Shown piece after piece: positions 23,701-35,241 of a DNA stretch of 64,000 nt. The stretch is from Octopus sinensis (taxonomy: Eukaryota), in NCBI RefSeq assembly GCF_006345805.1, contig NC_042998.1, forward strand, positions 170,810,001-170,874,000. The letters are read 5' to 3'. The position numbers and the translations under genes were made by a program. Under the pieces are notes generated by a model. That model made no database searches and had not been told where the DNA came from. It saw nothing but the letters and a program-made list of their open reading frames with translations. Positions within the stretch are counted from its first letter, which is position 1. Each line of letters starts with the position of its first letter.

Positions 23701-23855
23701 ATGTCGGCTGGCGATCACAAACAATTGACAGAAACAGATCCTTGGTTTTATTCTGACACAGATTTCGATTCGATCAGGATGCTTAGGAGGTCTAAAAATT
23801 GGTTACCCGGAGCTCTGTGGAAGCCCAAAAACCCCCATTCCTTGGAACACCTCAA
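23701..23855 (+). CDS. CLEC16A: CLEC16A (Ema/GOP-1 family) orthologue, first coding exon; conserved start probably ATG 23779
   Basis: MLRRSKNWLPGALWKPKNPHSLEHL-K followed by AA|GTAAGT (phase-2 donor at 23856). It matches from memory the family N-terminus (human MFGRSRSW...RNIHSLDHLK; invertebrate LWKPKNPHSLEHLK). The exon is too short to appear in the ORF track. Confidence 0.88.
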
Positions 23856-24893
23856 GTAAGTAAATGTTATCTGTAAGTTGTTGATTAGCAGACTGGTTAA
23901 TGTTATACGTTGTAAATCACCAGACAGAAAAAGGAAAAAAAAAAACCTACACACACGCATAAATATATGTATATTTTATACACACCTACATTGTCATAAT
24001 TACTGTTTAACCCATCAATTTAATTATATATATTATTTAAAAAAATGCATGTGTTTATATATATATAGATAAATACACAAACACAAATATATATATATAC
24101 ACGCTGAATCAAAGTTAAAAAGATAGGGAAAAATAAACATACATGTTTGAAAGAAAGGAAAAAAACAAACAAAAAAACCAAAAACGTTTGAATTTAATAT
24201 TGAAGAAGGATTAAAGACAAATAACTGTAGTAGTTAATTATTTCTCAGCAGAAACTTAATATATCATTAAATATAGGAGTATACAGATTGGTGGTAAATG
24301 GATAAAATTAAAAAGAAAAAGAAAAAGAAAAAAAAAATTGGTTTCTTCTGAAGACTCCGTATTTCAGATTAAGTATTATTACAAAATGAGAGGTTGTGAT
24401 GCATATGCCTTTCTTAATGGTTATTAGCAACATGAGTGTAATGAATTGGTCTTGGCATAGTTCTTAATGATAATATATATATATATATATATAATTTATT
24501 TCTTTGAGAAGCTGTGATACTGAATTTTTTTTATTTTATTCCATCAGCCAGCGTTCTTCGTATTAAATAATATATTTTTTGGATATTTCCTGTTGTTCAG
24601 CTGTTATCATCCGAAATACTTCAAAACATATTTTTTTGTTTTAAAACCCCCACCACACCGAACAACCATTCGCATTAAAGTGTTGTTGTTAAAATCTGTA
24701 CTATTGAACCATTTTGAGAATTTTCTATCGAATTTTATTTTGACGCTGACTCTCTCATTCCATATAATTATATTCTCATTACTTTCCATTCAGCCACATG
24801 TTTTTCGGTTACCCCCACGCAAATTTAGTGCTGTTGAATGAAACTAGGCTTATTTGTGTATGTGTTGGATAAAATGCATATATATTTGTGTGC

Positions 24894-24967
<74 letters not shown>

Positions 24968-25059
24968 ACAGCATAATCGTAAAAGTACTTTTGTGTGTGT
25001 CTGTGTGTAAGTGTATTATATATATAATATGCTTACACACTCAGTTATGGTTATGCTGT

Positions 25060-25093
<34 letters not shown>

Positions 25094-25193
25094 AAATGAG
25101 GGGGGGGAATTGGATATTTGATTAACATCAATTTAAAAGAAGTGGTCTAGCATATCAAAATTTGAAGGTTCAGAAAATTGTATTACATATGAG

Positions 25194-25312
25194 AGTAGAT
25201 CCGCTATGGTCTTACCATTAAGATATGTTCTCAAGAGAACATTTCTTAGTGGACCATAGCGGATCTCTACTTCTAGCATAAGGGTTGTCCACATAGTGGT
25301 CATCCCTCTCAT
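25194..25312 (+). mobile_element. Short fold-back element (family D); arms 25194-25232 and 25235-25271
   Basis: AGATCCGCTATGGTC...TGTTCTC-AA-GAGAACA...GACCATAGCGGATCT; ends in a hairpin beside a microsatellite. Confidence 0.7.
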
Positions 25313-25337
25313 ATGTATATATGTGTGTGTATGTATG

Positions 25338-25371
<34 letters not shown>

Positions 25372-25651
25372 ATATATACACACATACACACACATACACG
25401 CGCGCAGTTATACACTTACACCATCATATAAGTGTTTGTGTATATGTATACATACGTGTTAGCCTATATATAATTGTGGCATTCTTTCGATATAGATAGA
25501 TAAGATATCTATATCAAAAGAATGCCATATATATATATATATATAATGTCCGCTTTTCCTTTCTTGTATAGTACAAACGGAATTTGTTGAGGTAGATTTT
25601 CTATGGCTGGATGCTCTCTCTCTGTTATCTAAAGTGTTATATATATATAGT

Positions 25652-25986
25652 ACCACTGCATGACACCTTGGGAAAGTGTCTTCTACTATAGCCTCGGGCT
25701 AACCAAATACTTATGAGTGAATTTGGTAGATGGAAACTGAAAGATTATCAGTTATATGTATGTATATATATATATATATATATATATAATGTGCGTTTGT
25801 TTGGCCAACACCACCATTTGACAATCAGTGTTGGTGTGTTTACGTCCCCATGACTTAGAGGTTCGGTCAAAAAGACCGATAGAATAAGTACAAGTCTTGG
25901 GGTCGATTTGTTCGACTAAAACCTTTCAAGGCAATGTACCCCTTCACGACCGCAGTCAAATAACTGAAACAAGTAAAAGATAAAAA
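25652..25986 (+). mobile_element. SINE family A, 5'-truncated
   Basis: Body and tail homologous to 215-575. Confidence 0.8.
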
Positions 25987-26102
25987 GTGTGTGTGTATAT
26001 ATATATATATATCAATAATAATAAAGGGTAAAATTAATTAATTAATAATTTTACCAAGTAGTTTGGTATTTTAAAAGAACTGTTATTGGTAAACTTATAC
26101 AA

Positions 26103-26330
26103 AAATTCTATAATTATGAGTATAATTGTATAATTATATTTAGGGTTCAGCAAAATTTGCTTCACCACATACCGAAATTTAGAAATAGCAGTTAAACTAC
26201 CATAAGATATCTCCCAGACAGCAATTGGGAGATATCTTATAGTAGTTTAACTGCTATTTCTAAATTTCGGTATGTGGTGAAGCAAATTTTGCTGAACCCT
26301 AATTATAATTATACTCATAATTATAGAATT

Positions 26331-26331
<1 letters not shown>
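26103..26331. repeat. Fold-back (arms 26103-26216 and 26226-26331) within a TA-flanked element starting at ~26013
   Basis: Arms are nearly perfect reverse complements with a 9-nt spacer and one short indel. Confidence 0.92.
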
Positions 26332-26395
<64 letters not shown>

Positions 26396-26490
26396 TTAGA
26401 GACAAAACCACTATTTTGCAAATCAAACAAAGAAAGACTTAATCCAATACATAAAACAATTTTAATATAAATTAAATAAAATTATATTAG

Positions 26491-26536
26491 CCACTACAAT
26501 TGTTTCATGTCTCTTCTCAGGACATTCATCAGGTGG
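26491..26536 (-). ncRNA. Mirror copy of the minimal hammerhead ribozyme
   Basis: Exact reverse complement of 26596-26641. Confidence 0.85.
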
Positions 26537-26595
26537 ATTTCAGGTCTTCTATTCTATTTTAAGTTTAACTTAAAATAGAATAGAAGACCTGAAAT

Positions 26596-26641
26596 CCACC
26601 TGATGAATGTCCTGAGAAGAGACATGAAACAATTGTAGTGG
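26596..26641 (+). ncRNA. Minimal type-I hammerhead ribozyme (C3-G8 core)
   Basis: CCAC-CUGAUGA-AUGUC(CUGAGAAGA)GACAU-GAAA-CAAUUG-UA-GUGG: all core bases present, palindromic stem III ACAAUUGU, cleavage predicted after A26637. Confidence 0.88.
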
Positions 26642-26821
26642 CTAATATAATTTTATTTAATTTATATTAAAATTGTTTTATGTATTGGATTAAGTCTTTC
26701 TTTGTTTGATTTGCAAAATAGTGGTTTTGTCTCTAATTAATATTATATAATATTTTACTATAAAATTGGATTCAATCCTAAATCTGATTTTCCCTGTAAA
26801 TTTGGATTTATTCCCTAATAT

Positions 26822-26852
<31 letters not shown>

Positions 26853-26862
26853 TAAACATATA

Positions 26863-27075
26863 CGAAAGGGTGCTGACAAGTTCCTGGCTTCAAAGGTGTT
26901 GTGAAAGACCTAGCTGGAGGCCCAAAATTCAGGTTCTTTTACAGGGCTTAGAAAAACTGAAGGACTGCTGCAATAAGTGTGTGAATCTGAGAGGAGAATG
27001 TGTTGAATAAAATCATTAACTGATCCTCCTGTGTTTTCTTTTATCCAAAGTCAGGAACTTTTCAGCACCTCCCCA
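26863..27075 (+). mobile_element. Mariner-derived MITE
   Basis: TA-flanked imperfect TIRs GGTGCTGACAAGTTCCTGGCTT/AAGTCAGGAACTTTTCAGCACC; retains the transposase tail FFTGLEKLKDCCNKCVNLRGECVE*. Confidence 0.8.
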
Positions 27076-27297
27076 TAAACACACACACATTTATAAATAT
27101 ATATAACTAGATACTGTCAATAATATGTGACTTAGCAATGAATACAATGAATTTAGTGTGGACGTAGGGGTTTGCCAGGTTCTGTCCCATCCTATTTATC
27201 ATAGTCCTTCAGCCCATAACAGAAGAGTTTAAGACGAGTTGCTTGTGTGAACTCCCCTATGCTGATGGTCATGTTCTTACAGATGTATATGCAGTAG

Positions 27298-27469
27298 GTG
27301 CAGGCATAGCTGTGTGGTAAGAAGCTTGCCTCCCAACCACGTGATTCCATGTTCAGTCCCACTGCATGGCACTTTGGGCAAGTGTCTTCTACTATATCCT
27401 CAGGCTGACCAAAGCCTTGTAGGTAGATTTGATAGATGGGAACTGAAAGAAGCCTGTTTATATATATTG

Positions 27470-27516
<47 letters not shown>

Positions 27517-27910
27517 AGGAGTGGCTGTGTGCTAAGTAGCTTGCTTACCAACCACACGGTTCCGGGTTCAGTCCCACTGCATGGCACCTTGGGAAAGTGT
27601 CTTCTACTATAGCCTCGTGCTGACCAAAGCCTTGTGAGTGGATTTGGTAGACGGAAACTGTAAGAAGCCTGTCATATATATATATATGTGTGTGTGTGTG
27701 TGTATCTGTGTTTGTCCCCCCAACATCACTTGACAACCGATGCTGGTACGTTTATGTCCCCGTTACTTAGCGGTTTGGCAAAAGAGACCGATAGAATAAG
27801 TACTAGGCTTACAACGAATAAGTCCTGGGGACAATTTGTTTGATTAAAATCCTTCAAGGTAATGCCCCAGCATGGCCAAAGTCAAATGACTGAAACATTA
27901 GGTAAGAGAT
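27298..27910 (+). mobile_element. SINE family A: a head-only copy followed by a full copy (from 27514)
   Basis: Two A/B-box heads separated by (TA)n, with one tail. Confidence 0.85.
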
Positions 27911-27934
27911 AAAATAATTAAAAAAGAAATTCCC

Positions 27935-28765
27935 AGTGTGAAATCAAAGGGCCTTAAAGTTTACAAAGACCAATGTTCTAGTAAGCAGGAAAACAGAAAA
28001 GATGCTAATCCCTTCAGGAAAATGACCTTATGTAGGGAAGTGTAGGTAGAAATTCCATGCAGTCTACCCTGTGCAAACTGAGGACACATAAGAGGTGCAG
28101 TGGAATCATAGGAAAGTTAATGGAGAAAGTATAGTTTGTAGCAAATGTGCAGTAAACACTAAGAATGTACGGGAAATAGATTTTCTTGAATACCTAGGAG
28201 GATCCTTACAGATAGTAAATAGTTTCTGTTATATAGGTGAACTAAGTATCAGTGACGGAGGATGTTCTGAAAGTATGACTGCTAGAACTGGCTGGAAAAT
28301 GTTCAGAGAGCTATTACCTCAGTTGGTTACAAAAAGCTTCTCTTTCAGAGTGACATCAGACTTGTGTATAAACAGTAATGCCTGTTGATAGTGAAATGAG
28401 AACTGTGAATGCAGAAGATGTATGAAGGCTAGAAAGAAATAAAGCTTGTATGTTCCATTGGATTTGCAATATAAGTGTGCATGTACGACAAGGTGCTAAC
28501 ATGTTGAGAGAAAAATTGAGCCTAAGAGGCATTGAATGTAGTATGCAAGGGAGAAGACTGCAGTAGTGTGGTCATGTGATGCATATGAGTGGCAACAATT
28601 ACATAAAGAAGTGCTGATTGCAAATGTGGATGGAACCTGTTGCAGAGGTAGACCCAACAAAACAGTGATGTAGCAAAAACCAACCTCAAGTTGTTGAGCC
28701 TCATGGAGGAGATGACAAAGGATCAAAATGATTGGCAATCTACAGTGCTTGAGAAGACTTTGAAG
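27935..28765 (+). pseudogene. RTE LINE 3' half remnant (post-RT, Cys-rich insert, C-terminus); further piece at ~29035-29290
   Basis: SKGLKV, KRCSGI, VNSFCYIG...GGCSES..ARTGWKMFRELLP, RRL.W.GHV and RGRP motifs with frameshifts. Confidence 0.8.
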
Positions 28766-30052
28766 TCCTAAAAGCACATCATTTATATCTCTACTCCTGC
28801 ACTCAGTTTGTCCCTGTTAAGCCTCCACCGCAATTTCCTAACAGCCATTCCTCCATCACTCTTTTAAGTAGGACACCATTTACTCAGCTGTTGTATTTGT
28901 ATAAGAGCAGAACTGTACATATTTCATAACCTTGTGTGCTACTGGTTCTCCCATTCCTTGGCATCATTTCCTTTGTCACCTATCCCACATTCTCAGTATC
29001 ATCCCTTACTGCTTTATTTTCCATATAGTTCCTTCTGAAAAATTGGGCCTAAAAGGAATCAGATGTAGTGTGCATGAGAGAAGACTGCACTGGTATGGTC
29101 ATGTTTGGATAGGAATAGCTGTGTAAAGAAGCACTGATTGCTAAATGTGAAAGGGGGAGACCCAGGAAGACATTGGATGAAGTAGTGAAGGTTGACCTTA
29201 AGATTTTAAGCCTCATGGAGATGTCAAAGAACCAAGATGATTAGCAATATGATCTGCTCAAGAAGACCCTTCTGTCTTAATGAAAGTGAGATCCTGACCA
29301 CACCCCCATCCATGTCCCATTCATTACATTCATTTTTACACTCATTTCTAATCATCTGTCACCCTCCTCTCACACTGTAAATAATTTAATTACCTACCTT
29401 TCCTAATTCTTTGTCCATATTCTCTTATATTCATCTTCTTGTATCTTGAAAGTATGCTCTGCCATTTTGTCGCCACCATTGTTGTTTTCTTTTCAGCTAC
29501 TTCTATTCTTATACAATGTTGGGTGGCTATGTGTCTTCTCTGTAGTGAGATACTTATGTCTGTCTCTGTACTATACTTTACCCCCTCAACACCTAGCATA
29601 AAGCGAACTCCTATTCTACTATAACCCTACACAGTCAAGGGGTCTTTTTCATGGTCTTGTGAATTACTTGGTCACCTCACTAGTACTGGTTCCATGCAAA
29701 AAGCAGCCTTTACATTCTGTAAAGTGGTTAGCATTAAGAAGGACATTCAGCTGTAGAAACTATGGCAAAACAAACATTGGAAATCAACACAGCCCTCTAG
29801 CTTGTTGGATATATATACACCCTTTATCATTTAAAACGGCTGTATCCAGCACAAATATTCTGTTTTATATTTAAACTGGCAAGATCCAAACTCTCACCCC
29901 TACCCTACAATGTCATTCTAAAAATAAATGATCACTTTCATCAAAATCTTGAAGATAATTGTGGTTCATTCAAAGTAATGTAAATGAATAACCATTATAT
30001 TTAGCAAAATAATCTGAATGCGAAAGGGATGTATATATTTATTTATTTGTGG

Positions 30053-30822
30053 TGTCTCATAATGATGGGACACATTTTAAATGCAAGTAGCTAGGACTGA
30101 AAGAAGTACATATAATATAATAAATGCAAAAACTAATTTGTGTGTCAGTGTGTCACACTTTGAACCCCCTCTCTCACCATTCATTGACACTCCTACAATT
30201 GCTCATGTTGGGCTAAGAGTAATAGTAGGCATAGAGATGGTAGTAGATTGACAATTGTGATGGTAATTGGGTGATAGTAATAGCTGTAGTTGTGATTAGG
30301 AGGTGATGGTGGTGGTGGTAGCTGAAGCAGTCAGGAACAATGGTGATAGTAAGTGATGATGATGGTGGTGGAGGGGAAGGCGGCAAAGTCAAAGGTGGTG
30401 GCATCAGAAGTCTGAATGCTGTGTGTATGGCAGTTGTGGTAGTGATGGTGGTGGTACTGGTGATGGTGATGGTTGAAAATAATCAACAGAAAGAGAGTGA
30501 GAAAGAAAGAGGTTAGACAGAAAAAAAAAATTGTACTAACCCCTGAATGGGAAGTTAAAATATGTTTATCATGCAGTTTTGCAGTAAGTTCCAAGTCGAC
30601 AAATTATATCATTGTTTTGATGAAAATTGTGCATTGCTTGAAGAATATTGGTCAAGTTTAATAAAATTTAATATGTATTTAATGCATGAAGTGTCATTGT
30701 TGGGCCCAAGGCCCAATGAAGAGCCCTATACAGGAGCTAGCTTAAAAGCAGCCCAATAGGGTGACTTTTAAGCTAGTTTATTAATATATAGCCACATTTG
30801 TGTGTCCCATCATTATGAGACA
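30053..30822. mobile_element. Putative non-autonomous DNA transposon bounded by 22-bp perfect inverted repeats
   Basis: TGTCTCATAATGATGGGACACA (30053-74) and its exact reverse complement (30801-22); TSD not resolved. Confidence 0.6.
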
Positions 30823-30899
30823 AGCTACATTGTGTATGAGTGTATGTGTATATAAATTGTATGTATCTGTACAACAAAACTTCCAGAAACCCTTAAATT

Positions 30900-33400
30900 A
30901 GTATTACCCTAGGGTGACATAACCATATATGGCTTTAAATACATAGCCAGTGAGTGGTTGACAAAGGTCTTGCTGACAGATGCTGAGATATCTTTGACTT
31001 TTTTGACAATTTTAGAAATGTGATTCAGCCATTGCAGGTCATTGTTGACAATATTGCCTTAGTCACATTCACCAGCAGACTTCTTAAGATTGGTGTTGTG
31101 GTGGGAGAAGGTAAATTCCAAGTCTTTCCTTCCAAAATGTACAGTGGTTCAATTATCTGCAGACAGCTTCTGTTGTCAGCCTACAGTTTATTGCTGCATT
31201 GTCTCCTGCTCAGATTACAGAACAGATCTGTAACATATAAATTTTGATTTTTTTTTTTTTCATCTCAAGGTAGAGCTTAATGTCTTTTATGTATTTTAAT
31301 ACATTAACATGCTTCAAGTTGGCATCTATTTTATTAATATATGCAATAAACAACAAGAGAGCAAAAATATATTACTGTAAGTCAACAGATGTTATCACAT
31401 AGGATGCAGAATGTTGTCCTAGTACTGTGACTCTCACCTTTTGGCCAGGAATGAAGGACTTCAACAAGTTACAAAGATTAACCATCATGCCTATTGCAGA
31501 GATCTTCACAATAAGTCATTTTTGTGGTTCAGAATTAAAGGTTTTGGAGTTTTGGATGATGTCTTCAAGGAATTTGATGAGTTAGCTACAGCAGCTGAAG
31601 TTAGGGATAAAGGCAAATTGTGAGAGTTGAATAAGGTTATGAGAGTCCCAAAAGTTTCAGAAGTCTCATTATTGCAGGATTCCATCAATTTGGTGATATA
31701 GCTAGTGTAACCTGGACCATAATTGACATGTGATGCGTGGTTGCCCTTTCTGAACAAAGGAATAATGCTGAGTTTTCCACTGTTCTGGAGTAACAAAATT
31801 GAAAGCAGGGCAAAAGTTAATGCAATAAAAAGAGCCTGTCATGTCTAAGAAACAGTTAAGTAACATCTTCAAGACCAGGGGAAGCATAGTTGTTTATATA
31901 CTTGAAGTGACATCACAACATTGTAGGATTTATTTCAACAGGTATTATGAAATTTGGTGTCAGTAGCAGTGAAGAGGGTACATTTGGATTTTCCACAGTA
32001 AAAATGCCAGCATAGCATTCAGCAATAAGTTTTGTGTACTCTTTGTGATGATTAGTAATCTGACCTGTATGGAGATTGTGAAGAGGGCTGACTGGTGAAT
32101 GAGGCCTGTTTCAAATGCTCATATTTCCAAAACACTTTACTATCTGGGTTGATGATTGTTATGCATTGTTCAAATTTAATTACTGCTTTTTAGTCACCTC
32201 CTTGATATGGCTACACACTCTGTTTTGCCTTCTATTATCCTTTGTTCTAAGTAATCTGTATTTACATTCAGTGTCCTTTTGTTCTTTCTTTGCAAAGCAG
32301 ATTGCTGCAGTCTTCCAATTACACTTTTAAGGTTTCTAACATGTATATATGGTACTGATGCTCAGCAAATAGCCCAAATTGAACTAAAGTTACACTGAAG
32401 GCTAGTATTAACAGTTCTGGAATCCTAAAATGTAAGCCAGTTTTGGTACTGTAACTCAGTACGATAGGAGTCCAGTCAGCTTTGTTCCAGTCGTACTTAA
32501 TGTATTTACATTAAATACGATACATAGATGGTTGTTTTAATCAAATACAACTTCTGTTACATATAACACATTCTTATTTAGTTGGGTGTCTATTCACAAC
32601 ACCAGTGAATGCTTATACAGTGTTTTCCTATATATGAATAGAGATAAATTTCATCTAAGCATCTGCTTATTGACAACATCCAACAAAGCAGAAATGCTTT
32701 TGGCAGTCTCAGGCCACTGCTGGGATGATTTTTATCTCCTGCTGACATGCTGTGTTTTTAAATGCAGAGATATCTCCATACAAATATCACAGTGGTGTAT
32801 TCACATTATGTATGATACATAGATAGTTATTTTAATCTAATGTCCTCTTCTGATGTGGCTAGCTCCGAAGAAAGTTATTTAGGAAGCATAACTATCAGTT
32901 CTGCAAGAAATGTCTTGGAAGTAAGAGAAAGAATCTGTCTTAGGTTACTGGTGAATCAACAAAGACTGGTTGAGTAACTTTTTTTTATTGGAACTCCACA
33001 TTGCAAGCATCTCTTGCTTTCATTTCTTGGTCACAAATTCTGGACACGATGCCAATTGAAATAATTTTTTCAGAATCTTAGTCATATCCAGATCAAAATT
33101 GAAGGCACTTCTTTTTTCACTCGTCATTTGAAAGATCAAATCATTCTTTGTCTTGCTCTTTGAGCTTTTTGTCAAGCCTGGTGCATTTATGACTTTCATG
33201 TTGTCTCTTTGACAATATCCAGTTGAAAGTGAGCTTGCCATTTATCAGTTATCTATTCACTGCCTGTCTGACTGTTGGATAGCATTCTATTCACAATGAG
33301 CCTCGTGTTCATTGTTTATCTTGAATCTTCTGTGAGCTGCATTCCTGGCAGCATCAACTTGCAGTAGTGGAAATCAATTTTTCAGATGTTAATATTAAAG
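30900..33400 (-). pseudogene. Decayed CR1/L2-like LINE (RT domain and probably upstream endonuclease region)
   Basis: IIPLFRKG....NY.P...S...KLME, KTFNSEP..LIVKI...G...L..LLKSF....KVRV and NDLQWLNHISKIVKK motifs; the upper boundary is uncertain. Confidence 0.75.
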
Positions 33401-33467
33401 ATAAGTAGAAAACAAAACATTTATTCCTCCAAAATAACAAGAAATCCTACAGATACTCCATCTAGAC

Positions 33468-33797
33468 TAGGAGTTTTCAACTGGGGTCCATATGGATCCT
33501 GTGGGTTCTTATACAATTTTTGGTTGTCCATGTATGCAATATAGTAAACTGGTGGGGGGAGGTCTACAATAATTTTTCAGGAGTCATGAAAAAATTGTGC
33601 TCAGACCAGTAAAGTTTGTGTGCAGATTATCCCTTCACAATACACAAAATAATTTAGCAAATTTTATACAATTCCCAGTAATATTTATTTATAAAAATAC
33701 AATAAAATTTTCTAAACATTGAATGACTATGGGGGTCCACTTAAGTAAAAATGGGATCAAAGGGGTCCACAGGTAAAAAAATGGTTGAGAACCCCTG
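33468..33797. mobile_element. hAT (Charlie-like) MITE
   Basis: Perfect 8-bp TSD ATCTAGAC (33460-67 and 33798-805); TIR TAGGAGTTTTCAAC / GTTGAGAACCCCTG. Confidence 0.9.
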
Positions 33798-34059
33798 ATC
33801 TAGACTATAGCTTTAGATTTATATCTTTAATTATTGGGTTACTTTACTAACTGCCTTAGTACTAGTCTTGAAGCTGGGTTTCACAAAATCAGAAATGATA
33901 TATGATTAGGAAATTACATTTACAAGCCAATTACAAGTCTGTGAATATATGTAAAGCATTTCAAAAGTTTGGTCTGTATTGGTACATATGCACATATGTT
34001 GACACCTAAACATATGTACACAAATGTTAAATCAAAAGATGCAGATCCATAATGCAGTG

Positions 34060-34327
34060 TGTTGTGATGAGAGTTACGATGCCCCCTTGTGAAAGATAGC
34101 CTGGTCTGAGTAAAGTATAAATAGTAACGATCCGAGTGAGTTCATAAGTTCAGAGTTTGGAGTCGAGTGAAGTACATGTTAGTTTGCAGTGAAGTAGAAA
34201 GGTGTCGGTTGCTTAGTTCACAAGGAATATTGATTGTTGGTTCAGAAAGAGATTTGATAATTCGTTACATTGTTTTTACTGCTGTCTGGTTATCTTATTT
34301 ATTGTATGTAACAAATACGTTACAGCA
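34060..34327. mobile_element. Probable solo LTR
   Basis: TG...CA termini with imperfect inverted ends TGTTGTGATG/CGTTACAGCA and 5-bp flanks CAGTG/CAATG. Confidence 0.5.
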
Positions 34328-34857
34328 CAATGACAAGCATTCTTGCATGCATGTGTGCAGATGCATACAGTACATGGCTATCTAGTTGATGTTGTCTAAG
34401 TTCCAACGAAAGAGCTTTGGATTAGAAACCAGCTCTTTTTCTATTTGTGAGAAATTTAGCAGAACTAGGAGGACATGCATACATAGCTAGGCTTTTTTGC
34501 TAGTCTAAACATATTGATGTAGCATAAATTGGTATAATGGATTGTTTTGCAATAGAGGTGTGCTATCTCACCAAAATATATTTAACTTTTATTAAAATTA
34601 TTGACACTTTATCAATACTCTTCATTTTCAAATAAATTTTTTTTGTCACTTCTGATGGAGCAATATAATTTAATTCAGAACATTCCTTCTTTTTCATATA
34701 ATGTTATCAAGGATTGTTATAAGATTTAACCATAAAAGTTTATTATTGTTTTTGACACTCTTGAGAAGGGTATAAATATTTTATCTTCTCTCTTCTATAA
34801 ATTGGTTGACTAAGAAAATGTATGAGAAATCAATTATTGTATAAATCCTCTTATTAC

Positions 34858-35241
34858 TCACTTTTACTCTTTTACTTGTTTCAGTCATTTGACTGCAGCT
34901 TTTAGTCGAGCAAATCGACCCCAGGACTTATTCTTTGTAAGCCTATTACTTATTCTATCAGTCACTCTTGCTGAACAGCTAAGTTATGAGAACGTAAACA
35001 CACCAGCATTGGTTGTCAAGCGATGTTGGAGGAACGAACATAGACACACAAACATATACACGCACATACATATATATATATATATACGATGGGCTTCTTT
35101 CAGTTTCTATCAACCAAATCCACTCACAAGGCTTTGGTCGGCCCGAGGCTATAGTAGAAGACACTTGTCCAAGGTGCCACACAGTGGGACTGAACCCAGA
35201 ACCATGTGGTTGGTAAGCAAGCTACTTACCACACAGCCACT
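34858..35241 (-). mobile_element. SINE family A
   Basis: Reverse complement of the family A sequence. Confidence 0.85.

Larger units (their letters stand above)
26383..26749. repeat. Perfect 367-bp palindrome (183-bp arms, 1-nt spacer at 26566); element continues to ~26835
   Basis: Position i pairs with 53132-i with no mismatch found from 26383 to 26565; TA tracts lie on both sides. Confidence 0.95.

Noticed and set aside
25245-25312. Twister- or HDV-like fold in family D
   Set aside because: It lacks the twister pseudoknot partners and the HDV J4/2 strand; a simple terminal hairpin explains the pairing.
26049-26093. Hammerhead-spaced hairpin on the minus strand (UUUACC-AAUAACA-GU...AC-CAAA-CUAC-UU-GGUAAA)
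   Set aside because: The spacing fits, but U4, G5, G12 and the N3-N8 pair are all wrong; it cannot be called from a single copy.
26276-26298. SECIS element suggested by tandem GA pairs
   Set aside because: The upper stem is far too short and there is no apical AA loop or selenoprotein ORF.
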